64,000 nt of DNA from the human T2T-CHM13v2.0 reference genome, Homo sapiens: NCBI RefSeq assembly GCF_009914755.1, contig NC_060937.1; one strand, written 5' to 3'. The notes beneath the pieces were generated by a model. The model was given only the letters and a program-made list of their open reading frames with translations. It made no database searches and was not told the DNA's origin. Positions 1-13,446 of this stretch are shown here, piece after piece. Every line of letters starts with the position of its first letter. Position 1 is the first letter of the stretch. A program made the translations under genes and the position numbers.

Positions 1-156
1 TTGCATAATCTGATGTAAAATTGTACTTTTATGATTAAATCACTTTAAAAGCATAAATATATTACTATATCACAAAATTTCCTACATAATAGATAGTCTA
101 ACATATTATTTGCTGATATTATTGAAATAAAAGACAAAGTTCTCAAATGTTATAGG

Positions 157-704
157 TTTCAGAGGCAGGTAAACCAGAGCAACTCCATCTTGAGTAGGGG
201 CTGTGTAAAATGAGGCTGAGACCTTCTGTGCTGCTTTCCCATGAGGTTAAGGCATTCTTCGTCACAGGATAAGATAGGAGGTCAGCACAAGACACATGTC
301 ATAAAGACCTTGCTGATTAAACAGGTCACAGTAAAGAAGATGGCTAAAACCCACCAAAACCAAGATGGAGACGAGAGTGACCTCCAGTTGTTCTCACTGC
401 TACACTCCCACCAGTGCCATGACAGTTTACAAATACCATGGCAAAGTCAAGAAGTTACCCTATATGGTCTAAAAAGGGAAGGCATGAATAATCTGCCCCT
501 TGTTTAGCATATAATCATGAAAAAAATACATAAAAATGTGCTACCAGCAGTCCTCAAGGCTGCTATGTCTGTGGAGTAGCCATTCTTTATCCCTTTATTT
601 TCCTAATAAATTTGCTTTCACTTTACTGTATCACCCTGAATTATTTTTGCGTGAGATCCGAGAACCTCTCCTGGGGTGTGGATCTGGACCACTGTCCAGT
701 AACA
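157..704 (+). mobile_element. MER41A solo LTR (ERV1)
   Basis: Starts TTTCAGAGGC...AACCAGAGCAACTCCATCTTG and ends CCAGTAACA. AATAAA at ~605. Near-matching 4-bp TSD tagg/taag. Lacks the GAS-containing segment of MER41B. Confidence 0.9.
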
Positions 705-2149
705 TAAGCCTATCACTATTATAACTTCTGAATTCATTTTAACATTGAAACCTCGTAACAACCATGTGATGATAGGTATTCTGAAGTGAGAATAATTTCT
801 TTATTGACATTGTAACTGTTAAGGAAATCTTGATCTTGCTTTCTTGAGTGTTCTTCTTATTACATGTTGTGAATGCACAATATTCTGTAATGGAAAATTA
901 TAGATTTTCATGCTCAATAAATAATAAAGAACTTTTAGATTATTCAGAGGACACAATTTAAGATTATTGACATTCTCTCACAGTTACTTACTGATACATC
1001 AGGTCTTGTGGATTTCACCCAGCCTACCAAGTATATTTCTTCCTATCATTTTAATTCCTAAATACCACTTCATATTTTATTTGAAAACCCCTTTTCTTCC
1101 GTTACAATAAGTAGGAAAAATTAATGGAAATATCCTGTTTTTTCAGATCTTCTGATTCCTATGAAAACCAGACTAAAATTTTGTATTATAAAGAATACTG
1201 AGATATAAATCTTCAGTCTCTTCACCTGAAAACTAAAGGTTTGAACTCAGTCATCTTAACCATTCCATTCTGCCATGAAATTCTATGGGGCTGTGAGTAT
1301 ATGGTTTCTTCCTTTACACCAGATGAATTTCATGGGAGTCATCACTTTCTTGTCTTCTGAAGTTGAATCATTCCTTCACAGAGCTTTCCCAAAGCATTGC
1401 CCAGTTTCATGTAAGAAATCAAGAAATGTTCCAGTCATGATCCCTTGTCAATATATTGTTACAAACTGAAACTGCACACCCACTTATTTTCTTTGCCCCC
1501 TATTGTGTGTTAAAAATATACTTAGTTTTTTTATGGTTATAAATAAGCAATTATCCCTAGTCACTACTCATTATATTAGTCATTACTCCTTTCCCTAGTC
1601 ACCATACCTGTTAGTCATCGATACAACTCGCCCGTCTTTGTAACTCTCTCATTTTGAAACCCATTTGCACAATGTAAGAAATTAAAAGGAAGAAAAACCT
1701 ATTTCTCTGTGAGAAATCACCAAGTATAATCACTGGGCAGGATTCTAGTGAAGGATAGTATTATTTTATGTCATTATGATTAGCACACATAATCCCCTTT
1801 CTAAATTTAACATCCAAATCTAATGTAAGAACCTTTGCAGTCAAAATGGGACCTACAAATTAGCAGTGTCCCTGATTATTATGTGACTGTTAATTATTTG
1901 GAAAACTTCACTATAATAAGTGGAATTTAATCATAGAATTGATCTTAAATTGTTGTGAAGCTCCCGTGAGTTAAATGACAGTCTAGAAAGAATTTTTAAC
2001 CAGAAACTTCAGTTATATTTTCTATTGAGCTGTTATATAATATTTAAAAATGTAAGAGATCTTGTCCTTTCTTTCTTTTAGATACTCTTTTGCTCTTTTG
2101 TTTAACATGTGATAAAATCAAAACACTTTATCATGTATTAATTTCGTAA

Positions 2150-2620
2150 GCGGGATGGACCACTCTGCTTCTCCAATCTGATGTTATGTCGCTCTGTGCT
2201 TAACTCAATGTGCTTCAGTGACAGTGGCCTTAATGCTCTTCATATGTGAAACATTTGTTCCAACCTCAGACTCTATTTGCTTACTTTTCATTCACTTTTC
2301 CTGGATTGTTCTTCTTATGACAGGGTCCTATTTTTTTATTCTCAGCTCAGCTCTTATATTACCTCCTCCTTGACAACCCTTTATAATGCTGTGCCCAACA
2401 CTCTTTACCACTGCAATCATTTTCTTGTTATACTGCTGTCTCTTATTTTCTTCAGTGCATTTGTAAGTACCTGAACTATTAATGTAATTGCCCTTATTTG
2501 GTTTTGCTTTGGTTATTTGATCTCTGTCCACTGAAATTTAAGCCTGTCCTGAATATCTGTGTATTTTAAGTCCATAGAACAGAGTTGCTATATAGGAGAT
2601 ATTTAATAAAATGTTTTTAA
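2150..2620 (+). mobile_element. L2 LINE 3' fragment (old)
   Basis: Degenerate L2 3' motifs (ctcagctc...atattacctcctc; ...tttaataaaatgttt). Confidence 0.55.
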
Positions 2621-2853
2621 TTCTTAAGTAAATGTTTTGATGTTAGAAATGAAATTTTAAAGAAACCACTTACTTACATGTCAAATTAACACATTAAAAT
2701 AATCCAAAATCATTTCCCATTTATACTTCATAAAAGCGCATTACAATATGTAAAGTATTTAAAATTTATTATGGAGAGTGGATTAGTTTAAAGGCTACTT
2801 TAGGCAGTGATCAAGACTTCTATAGGTCTGTTAAAGCAATAAGAATTTGAATG

Positions 2854-5124
2854 TCATGAGCTTAGTTTCACTAGATACAAAATTCTTGGCTTATAGTTAT
2901 TGTTTGTTTGTTTAAGCAGGCTGAAGATAGGACCCCAATCCCTTCTAGCTTGTAAGGTTTCTGCTGATAAAACTGTTGTTAATCTGATAGCTTTTCTATT
3001 GTAGGTTACCTGGAGCTTTTTCCTCACAGCTCTTAAGATTCTTTCCTTTGTCTTAACTTTAAATAACCTGATGACTATGTGCCTAGGTGATGATCTTTTT
3101 GCAATAAATTTCTCAGGTGTTTTTTGAGCTTCTTGTATTTAGATGTCTAGATCTCTTGCAAGGCTGGGAAAGTTTTCTTTGATTAATCAGTCCCTCAAAT
3201 ATGTTTTCCAAACTTTTAAATTTCTCTTCTTCCTCAGGAACACCAATTATTCTCAGGTTTGGTCAGTTAACATAATCCCAAGCTTCTTGAAGGCTTTGCT
3301 AATTTTTTTTTTGATACTTTTTTCTTTCTCTTTGGTGGACTGGGTTATTTAAAAAAACTTACCTTTGAGCTCTGAAGTTCTTTCTTCTGCTTGTTTGATT
3401 CTATTGCTGAGAATTTCCAGAGCATTTTGCATTTCTCTAAGTTCATCCTTTATATTCAAAAGTTGTGATTGTTTCTTATTTATGCTATTTCATTGAAGAC
3501 TTTTTCTTTCATATCTTGTATCTTTTTTTGATTTCATGAAGTTAGACTTCACCTTTCTTTGATGCCCCCTTGATTTGCTTAATAATTGACCTCCTGAATT
3601 CTTTTTCTGGTAATTTGTGATTTCTCCTTCATTTGGATCCATTGCTAGTGAGCTAATGTTGTCTTTTGGGGGTGTTAAAACATCTTGTTTTTTCATATTA
3701 TCAGAATTGTTTCTCTAGTTCCTTCTCATTCTGGTAGACTATGTCAGAAGGAAGATCTGGGGCTCAAGGGCTGCTGTTCTGTTCAGATTCTTTTGTCCCA
3801 TGGGGTACTCCTTTGATGTAGTGCTCTCCCCCTTTTTTGTGGCTTCCTGATAGCTGAACTGTAGTGATTGTTATTTCTCTTCTGGATCTAGCCACCTGGC
3901 AGAGCTACTGGGCTCAGGCTGCTACTGGAGGAGTGTCTGCACAGAGTCCTGTGATTTGAACCATCTTCAGGTCTCTCAGCTGTGGATACTAGCACTTGCT
4001 CTGGTGAAGGTGGCATGGGAGTTAAATGGACTCTATGAGGGTCCTTAGTTGTAGTTTTGTTTATTGCACTAGTTTTGTGCTGGTTGGCCTCCTGCCAGGA
4101 GCTACCACTTTCAAGAAAGCATCAGCTGTGATAGTATAAAGAGGATCAGGTGGTGAGTGGGGCCCTAGAGCTCCCAAGAGAATATATCCTTTGTCTTTGG
4201 CTACCAGGGAAGAGATAGTACAGAAAAACTTTCAGGTGGGGGCATGGTTAGGCATGTCTTAGCTGTTGAGGGTGAAGGTGTGGTTCTCAAGTTAATGGAA
4301 TTATGTTCCTATGTGGATTATGGCTGCCTCTGCTGTGTCATGTAGGTGGCCAGGGAAGTGAGGCAAGGCCAGCAGTTACAGGCTTCACCCAGCTTCCACT
4401 CAGCCCAAAAGGCCAGTGTCACTCCCACCATGCCTGCCACAACAGCCAGGAGTTTTTCTCCCAGCAGTGGGTGATCAGGGCTGAGAACTTGCCCCAGGCT
4501 ACCAGCCTCCTAACTGTGAAGGCACACAGGGCTTTCAGGTTTCCTGCTTCCCTGCCTGCTGCAGCTTATGTGCTGTGTCTGCACTCCAGATTCACTGCCT
4601 CCTCTGAGTTCTGCCCAGGAAACTTCACCTTGGTTCGATATTGTTACAAAGTTCAAGTGGAAGTTTCCTTCCCCCTGTGGTCTCTTCCCGGTTCCTTTGG
4701 CAGCCCTCCCCAAGGACCTATGCAAGACAACGTCAGAAATTGCTTCCCTGGGGACTGGGAGAGCTTACTGTGCTCTTCCACTGCTTCTTTACACCTGCAT
4801 TTTGCTCAGCTCTCTAAATGGTCTCAGCTCCAGGTAAGGTCAAATCCTTCTCTCATAATCTGGACTTTCAGGTTCCCCAGTGAAGGTGTTTATTTGGGAG
4901 CAGACAATCCTCTTTTCACACCTTCACATTTTGAGCACTCTCAGTTTGGGGGCTGTCTGCTGGGGCCTGCAGGAGCAATCCACTTCCTTCAAAGGGTCTG
5001 TGCATTCTCTCGGCTTTCCTGGTATGTTCCTGCAGTCGTTCTTGGAGCAAAAGTTCACGATATGTTTCCAAATGCTGCTCTGTCTGTCCAAGTGGGAGCT
5101 GCAATTTGGTCCTGCCTCCTATCC
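2854..5124 (-). mobile_element. L1PB (L1PBa-type) 5'UTR and most of ORF1; 5' half of a split element
   Basis: The minus strand begins GGATAGGAGGCAGGACCAAATTGCAGCTCCCAC, then a GC-rich 5'UTR, then ORF1 remnants (3490-3696 ORF). It ends abruptly at ...GAAACTAAGCTCATGA. Confidence 0.88.
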
Positions 5125-5268
5125 CTATAAATGAAAGACAATTATTTCTCACTGTTCTGGGGGTTGGGAGCCCAGAATCAGATTAACAGCATGGTTGGGT
5201 TCTGCTGAGGGCCCTCTTCAGGTTTCAGACTGTCAGCTTCCCATTGTAACCTCACATGGCAGAAAGAG
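5125..5268 (-). mobile_element. MLT1A-like MaLR LTR, 3' fragment
   Basis: The minus strand reads CTGCCATGTGAGG...GGGCCCTCAGCAGAACC...CCAGAACAGTGAGAAATAA. Confidence 0.75.
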
Positions 5269-6105
5269 TGTCATTAATGTTTTGATAGAAGTTTCATTAG
5301 ATCTGTAGATTGTTTTGGGTGATATAGTCAATTAAAAATATTAATTTCTGATTTGTAAGCATGGGATGTCTCCATTTGCTGGTATCCTCTTCGGTTTCTT
5401 TCATTAGTGTTCTGCAGTTTTCCCTGTAGAGGTCTTTTACCTCCTTGGCTAAATTATTCCTAGATTTTTATTTTATTTTTGTAGTTATTGTAAGTGGGGT
5501 TTCTTTCTTGATTTTAATTTTGGCTAGTTCATTATTGCTGTATAGAAACACTAATAATTTTTGTATGTTGATTTTATTTCCTGCAACTGTACTGTATTTG
5601 TTTACCAGTTCTAATAGTTTTTTAGTACAGCCTTTAGTTTTTTCTATATATAAGATTGTGTCATCTGCAAAGCAGAACAATTTGACTTCTTTTCCAGTTT
5701 GGCTATCCTTTATTTCTTTCTCTTTTTAATTGTTGTGGCTAGAATACCAAGTACTATGTTGAATAGGGGTTGTGGAAGTGGGCATCCTTGTCTAGTTCCA
5801 GTTTTTAAAGTACAGGCTTTGAATTTTTTTCCATTCAGTATGATGTTAACTATGGGTTTGTCATATATACCGTTTACTATTTTGAGGCATATTTGTTCTA
5901 TACCCAGATTTTTGAGAGTTTTCATCATAAAAGGATGGTTTTTGTTCTTGGTTTTGTTAATGTGATGGATCATGTTTATTGATTTACATATGATGAACCA
6001 TCGTTGCACTTTTGGGATGAATCCCACTTAATTATGGTGAATGATCATTTTAATATGTTGTTGAATTCTGTTTGCTAGTATTTTGTGGAAGACTTTTGCA
6101 TCTTT
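5269..6105 (-). mobile_element. L1M(A) ORF2 reverse-transcriptase fragment
   Basis: ORFs 5468-5680 (FADD motif, KLLELVNKYSTVAG) and 5710-6027 (TGTRQGCPL). Confidence 0.9.
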
Positions 6106-6123
6106 GAACTTGTTTTCTATCAT

Positions 6124-6495
6124 TGTGGTGTATTGAATTTGCATTCTCCTTATGAAGAACTAAGGGCTGCCACAGGCTGGGTTTTATCTAGGACATCAGG
6201 ACGAACATGAGGTCAGGCTCTCAGCATCAGAGTACTGGTCAAGCAGGCATAAAATGGACACAGGTCGGACAAGAGTTACAAGGGTATCTGCCAGTATAAA
6301 CAAGTTTCCCATGTGAGGGACCCCTTGGTACACAGATCAGAGAACTGGGCATCAGGTTATCTGCCAGGTGAAATAAATATCTGTGATAGACACACTGTAA
6401 AAACCCACATTCAGCTCCCCTTTACTTTCTGTTATGGCAGGGTTGCTAGCCAATCTGGTACTTGAAATTCATTTTAGCTAGAGGCTCTCAAAACA
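6124..6495. mobile_element. ERV1-like solo LTR, family not identified
   Basis: TG...CA ends (TGTGGTG...CTCTCAAAACA), higher GC than flanks, flanks tcat/tcaa resemble a 4-bp TSD. Confidence 0.55.
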
Positions 6496-9098
6496 TCAAT
6501 AGCAAGAATTATAAAAGCCCCATGGGTGGTAGTAGGTGTAAAGTAATTACTACAAACACTGTTTCTGGGGTAAGATAAATAAATCTGGATATTTTATTAG
6601 TTCTTTTTGTGCCCTTTTTGAGACCATGATAGGTTTTGTGCCCATAACCCCGAACCTCTCCAGTTAATTGAAAATTTCAGTAAACCCATCTGATACTGTC
6701 CATGCTATCGCTTGTAAAAGTATCAGAACCATATCATATTGCTAACAATTTTTTAAAACTTAGGTTTGTAATTTGCATCGAATTCTGGATAGAATAATTT
6801 TGTTCTTGGAGACAAATTTGAATTATTAGATTTTAATGCATTTTTTTAAAATGTGATATGGTTAGTAGCCCACAACTTGTGATTTCATAGGAAAATCGTG
6901 TGGGAGAAAAACTTATCTCTTAGAAGATGGGTTTCTTGCAAATGCAAGAACTAATACTTTTAATTGAGCATTTCAAAATGAAGCTTTCTTTTCTTGGTGC
7001 TATCTTTCGTGTTTTAAATATAAGAAAACTTTGTGAATTTATGTTTTCACAGAAGAAATTTAAGAAAAGTGTGCTCATATGAGTGGTAAAAGTACAGAAT
7101 AATTGCCAGATATCAGTATTAACTGGAGAAAATAAACAAACAAATATCATAGAGAGAAAGATGCTAGTCCTGTGTCTCCACAAAATACTCAGTATTTATT
7201 CATGCAGCATAGCAAATAGTCCTTAAGTATATTTTCTGGTCACTGGAGACAGATCTGAAGGCAAGAGCAAAATTATAACCTAATTAAACTTAGAAGATAA
7301 AATGTCACTAATAAGAACAAGGGTAATTATTTCATATTCTTTGAAATATACTCAGCATAAAAATTTGATACCATGAGGTTATTAAAGATAAACAATAGTG
7401 AAAGAAATAGTCATCTTCAAGTTTAATTCATGTTTACCTTATAGTTTTTAATCTATAGGAGACATATATGATTGCAAATTGGAATTTGGTAAATTTTTAT
7501 GTTAAATGATGCAAAAAAGCTTATATATAAATAATAAAAGACTTTAGGTAAATAAATCGTCTAAATAAAGTTTTAAATAACATTTTGCTAGAGATATATT
7601 TTTATGTGATGGCGAATACATGTTTAAAAGCTGTGGTCTGTAATGTAGCCTGAGTATCATTATAAGATTAAATAGAAATGCAGTTCTCAAAATATGCTAG
7701 ATTTAAATAAATATTATAATTTTATTAATAAACAAATATAGTACAATTAATTTCTGTTTTAATGGAATTTTTTTTCTGTGTCTAATCCTTTATTCAACGG
7801 TTCACTGTGAAGAAGTAATCACTGACTCCAGTCTCTTGTGTTTAGTCCTCTATTTAATTGTTCAATATCTAATATTAAGAAATAATCACCAATTCTAGTC
7901 TCCAGGTTTCCCTTGCAGTTTCAGTCACACGAAGCAACTTGCTAATGCTAATACTGTGCACCTAATTACAGACAGTGCACCTAATCCGAGTCAGCATGGA
8001 AAAGGCATGGTTTTATGCATCTGCAGGTTAACTTCTCTAAATACTAATTAGCATGTGGAATCCTTTACTACCAGTTCTAATTCAAAGTAGATGATCCATA
8101 AACACTAAGTTATTGATTGGTATGTCTGTCTGATCTGAAATTTTATTTGTAGGGAATGATATCAAAGGTCACTTTTTTTTTTAAAGTTTGTATGCACATA
8201 ATTAAACATCTCAAGTTTAATTACTAATCCTTCAATATTACAAGAGTTGCCATACCACAGCTATGATTGATGGTTGAAAAACAGCAAGTATTTACTATTT
8301 TAGTAATGCTATATAGCCAGCATTATCAACCAAATCTAAACTTGAATATAAAATATGGAGTAAAACTAAAAAATCAGTTAATTTAAAAAGATGCATTTGC
8401 TGTACATATTATATGGCAAATAAACTAGGTAACATTTCTCTGAAACCTAACTTTAATTTTTAAAAAAATTATCTTGAAATGTCTATAATGTCTAAAATAT
8501 ATTTTTGAAATTTTAAAAGTCTGAACTTACTATTTGTTAGATAAGAATTATTTTAGAAATGAAAACAAAAATCAAAATCAAATATGCTCATAAATCTTGA
8601 CAATTAATGTAAAAAAGGGCCAATCACAATGGAATTTTTTACTTGGTCCACTCCACCAGAATATCCTAAGAACATTTTTCTTGGTAAAATTAGTTTTTAA
8701 AGTTAGCAATATGAGTGTTCTTTATTTTTTCTGAGTAAAATAAAGAATAATAAATTGTGACTATTATTTCTAAAAAACAGTACACATCTCTAAACATATA
8801 AGGGAAGGATACATGTAATATACTGCAACATTCTTATTGGAATTATTTTAATCAAAGAGCTACCCTTCTTTATACTTTAATCTTTTAATTAGGCAGTGGA
8901 ATTGCCTATACTTCAATGACTGATAAGTTAAGGACATTGTGAGGGAACATATCATCATGGCTCAGTATTTCTGCCCCGATTAAAGTTAAAAAAAAAAAAA
9001 GAGGCAGAAAACATCCATCTTTGGAAACAAAGAGTATGGCTAATGGTGAGAAACTCACGTTTCACCACTACTCATACCCTTTAAAATAAATTTACCTC

Positions 9099-9431
9099 GG
9101 CCGGGCACGGTGGCTCACGCCTGTAATCCCAGCTCTTTGGGAGGCCGAGGCGGGCAGATCACGAGGTCAGGAGATAAGAGACCATTCTGGCTAACATGAT
9201 GAAACCCCGTCTCTACTAAAAATACAAAAAATTAGCCAGGCGTGGTGGCGGGCGCCTGTAGTCCCAGCTACTCGGGAGGCTGAGGCAGGAGAATGGCGTG
9301 AACCCAGGAGGCGGAGCTGCAGTGAGCCGAGATGGCGGCCACTGCACTCCAGCCTGGGTGACAGAGCGAGACTCCGTCTGAAAAAAAAAAGAAAAAGAAA
9401 AAAAGAAAAATACATACATAAATATATAAAT
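9099..9431 (+). mobile_element. AluY
   Basis: Full dimer with GAATGGCGTGAACCC diagnostic. Tail has become A/TACA/TAAA repeats. Perfect 15-bp TSD AAATAAATTTACCTC at 9084-9098 and 9432-9446. Confidence 0.95.
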
Positions 9432-11694
9432 AAATAAATTTACCTCAGCAACAGCAAAATGGATGAGGACTGAGTATTGTTGTTGTTGAATGCTCATGGA
9501 TTGAAATCCATGCAAAGAATAGGGCATTCTTTGAGTGAACTTTGTCACTTTTTATCATAAAATTTCCGTGAGCTATGTTCTACATAAGCTAGAAAAGAAA
9601 GTCATTCCTCTTTTGGCAAGGTCCTAAAGCTCCCAAAATAAGTCTACTTTTTATTTATTTACTTATTTTTATCCAAACATATTTTGCAAAATGTTTTGAA
9701 GAGGCTTGCAAATAATTTATTCTAAGTCTATAACTTTTCAGAGAAATGCCTGAGGCTCTTATTTAGGGGACTGTTAATGTAAAGTGAGCTGTTATTCATA
9801 AAGTCAAGACTAAAATCCAATATCTATGTTTCTTATTTTTTCTTTGTAATTAGATCATTTTGTATCTGTATGTATCTTTGCTATTTAAATATTTTTATAC
9901 ATGCCGTTGGCTCTACTATGATACTCACTACATCCTGTTACATAAGAAAAACATCTTATATATCTACTAAGTCAATAAAGAAACTAAATCTCAGAATGGT
10001 ACATTGTATCTGTTACTCTGAAGAATTTAAGGTTCATTTTCAGACATCTCTAAATACAGTTAATACTTTATAAAGTTTCTCTAATTGTCCAATTCGCCTA
10101 GACAAAACAACTCAGCCTCTAACTTCTGAGAAAATCTTAAGTTTTTATTTATAAAAAGCTTTAACCTTGCCAATAACAGTACAAGAAATATCATTTTTCA
10201 TCTGGCTACAGCCAGTTTCTTACGAATCTCCACAGAACTGCCCCAATTCTCTTTGTCATGAAATTGAGAAAATTGAAGCTATTTATCAGTCCCAAAGAGT
10301 AGCACGCTAGGGTGTGAGACTTTCAATGACTTTGTTTTGACCTTGTTTCCTTCGGTGATTCAACATAGGTAAAATAGGCCTGATTGGTAAAGGCTTCAAG
10401 GTCACTCTTGGTTAAGAAAAAACAAAAAATGTAAACTTATATTGATAGATCAGCTCTAGTTGAATTTGAGAAATTCTAAACTTTAAGATAAGTTAATGTT
10501 CTGTAGTTGCACAAGCTATTGGAAAAAACATTTGAAGAATAATTATAATGTTTGTTGATTTAGCTATTTCTAATTACTAATACTGATCCCTTTATGCTTC
10601 TGTTTAGTTAATTATAATGTTTTATTCTGCCATATGAATTTGACTAAAATTTGTGTGAATTCATTAAAACAAGTAGAAATTAACCTACTGAAAATGGGTG
10701 ACTGAAGTAATTTCTGTTTATGGAATCAACTTGCATCTCAGAACTCAACTAACATCATCATTCAGCATAGAGATTTTTTGACACCTTAAATTCTGAGAAA
10801 GTTGGAACCAATCCTCCTATGACCTGATAGAGTATGTTTACATGATAACACATAATTTTTGTCAACCAGTATTAAGGCAGTATAATTATCAAAATTGATG
10901 AGCAAAATTAATCAGTAATTTAAAAAATTATATTTGTTTTATTGAAATTTTTATCTGTCAATGAGATATTATTTTCTTTTGTTGAAAGAACACTAACCAA
11001 ACATTTAAAAGCTTATAGCAAATAAGTTTCCTAAGACTCTCTCACCTCCCATAAATATTTTTTAACCTTGGAATAACTTTCTTAGTGCAAAATGATAAAA
11101 GTGTTTAATAGCTGATTAATGTCACCTATCCACTTTCTTTAAAGTGTTTTTCTATTGTTTCTTTCTGTTTGTACCTTACAAAATAAATATATTCACTGTA
11201 CATAATACAAAAAACACTCAGCATTTTAAAGTGTTAGGGTTATACATTGTTGAATATTCAGGGTCATATTTCTGTCTTACGTAAATTTTAATATGCAGAA
11301 CATAACCCCTAGTTACTACAGAGCTAAGACAATAGAAAATGCTTCTTTTCCAGGGTAGAAATTGTAAGGCACTTTTCACGAATAATAACCACTGATAATA
11401 CATTTAGAAAGCTGAATTTTTAGTCTTATATGTTCTGAATAGGACTTGCTTTATTCTCAAAGGTAAAATAAATGCATTAAATATACGGTAGCTGGATAGA
11501 CGGTTGTATGAAGAAATGGAAAGAGATAGGTTGATGGATAGATTAGATAAATAAAATTTCTTATACTCTGATTTGAGTAGCTCCTTATGTTCTTTCTAAT
11601 CTATATAAGACTCTAAGGGAAAATAACAACCATCATGTTAATTAGGTTTTATTTGAATTAATAGAGGTAATTTAAAAATAGTTTTTGGTGTGGT

Positions 11695-11815
11695 CTCCTC
11701 TCTTGGCTTTGGAGCCCCCCTCCCTCTGTCTCTGTACAGAGGAGCTTCTTCCTTTTGTCTTGCCTATTGAACTCTCTGCCCCTTAAAACCAAAAATAAAA
11801 ATAAAAATAAAAAAA
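11695..11815 (+). pseudogene. Polyadenylated ERV1 LTR fragment (LTR9/MER61-like); probable retrocopy
   Basis: LTR R-region-like sequence CTTGCCTATTGAACTCTCTGCCCCTTAAAACC is followed directly by an (A5T)n tail. Degenerate flanking direct repeat. Confidence 0.6.
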
Positions 11816-12700
11816 TAATTTGTATGGTGATATAAAATTATTAATTTTAAATTACACTATTTTTAAGAGTTTACACAGGATTTTTACAACTGTCTTCAGT
11901 AATACCAAATCATTTATTACAAATCAAAATTTCCTACTTATTACAGCTAACAAGTAACATATTGAACTAGATTTTTTAGTTCTTCTGGAGTGAAACATAT
12001 TGAAAGTGTAAGTACAAAAAATTAACAACTCAAGTAAAACGTTCAGTAACATGTAGGAAACCTTTCCCTGCTGAATGTTATCATCCCTGTATTCAAGGAG
12101 TTTCTCTGAAACACAAATCTTTGCTTTGAATTTCAGTGACTCAAATTAATAAGCTTCATGAATTTGCCAGCACATATTTTGAATATTTTCCTTTAAGCTG
12201 GCACATTCCAAGAGTTTAAAAATTTGAGCCGTAAACTCTGACTGTGAATCAGAAGTTGTAATTTTTGAGGCTTGCAATAATAACCAGTAAATGAGAGTAA
12301 CCTTATGTATGTTTTTTATCTGGCAAACAGGTGTGATATAAAAATAAATGTGCCCAAATAGCAGTGTTATTTTTATCTCAATGTAATCACCTCAATATAT
12401 TATTCACAAAACTTCAGGTTTTATTTAGTTAACACATACTCTTTGCCTTGCTTATTAGTATATGAGAAAAAAAAAGGATCTTGGGAAGCACTTGCAAATA
12501 TACATCTACATATGATCAAGGTAAAGTCATTGAATCTACAAACTGACACATTTGCAAAAATAGAAAACACCTAGATGATAGAGACAAGAACTTTTAAAAA
12601 GTTAAAATTAGTAAACACACAAATAATTTGAACAGGATTCGTTTCTACAAATCCCTTCTAAAATAAATAAAATGAATGTTCAAGTTGTTAAGAACTCTAA

Positions 12701-12855
12701 TGCAGAGGATCCCTAACCTATGATGTTTCAACTTACAATTTTTCAACTTTACAAATAGTTTATTGGGATATTAAATGCATTTTCAACTTATGATATTTTG
12801 ACTTATGATGGATTTATCAGACTGTGGCCCCATTGTAAGTTGAGAAGCATCTGTA
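12701..12855 (-). mobile_element. MER47-family Tigger MITE
   Basis: The minus strand begins TA CAGATGCTTCTCAACTTACAATGGGG...AAAATGCATTTAATA. Confidence 0.75.
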
Positions 12856-12877
12856 CAGTCTTACAACTCAACCAATT

Positions 12878-13446
12878 ACAGAAGTAGCCTCTTGTTTGTA
12901 GGGGATACATCCAAAGATTCCCCAGTGGATGACTGAAACCACAAAGCATTTGGGATTTTGGATTTTCAGATTAGAGATGCTCAGCCAGTATCCATAATGC
13001 AAATATATTTTTTAAAATTTTGAATTCCAAAACACTTCTGGTCTTAAGCATTTTGACTAAGGGATATTGAACTTGTACTATTTTTTTCTATACATATGTA
13101 CCTAAGATAATGTTTAATTTATAAATTAGTTATAATAAGAGATTAATAGCAATAATTAATAGTAAATTAATTATAACAATATACTGTAATAAAGTCATGT
13201 GAATATAGTCTGTCTATATCTTTCTCAATATATCTTATTGTACTGTACTCATCCTGCTTCTTGTGATAAAGAGAGGACAGAGTGAATGATGTGAGATTTC
13301 ATCATGCTATTCAGAAGAGTGTGCAATTTAAAATCCATCAATTCCTTATTTCTGGAATTTTTCATGTAATATTTTTGGACCACAGTTGACAGCATGTAAC
13401 TAAAATCTCAGAAAGTGAAACCACACATAAGGCAGAGACTACTGTA
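12878..13446 (+). mobile_element. MER44 (Tigger7) containing a nested MER46/Tigger4 fragment (~12944-13077)
   Basis: MER44 motifs CCCCAGTGGATGACTGAAACC ... GACTACTGTA. The inner fragment ends AAGGGATATTGAACTTGTA. Confidence 0.75.
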
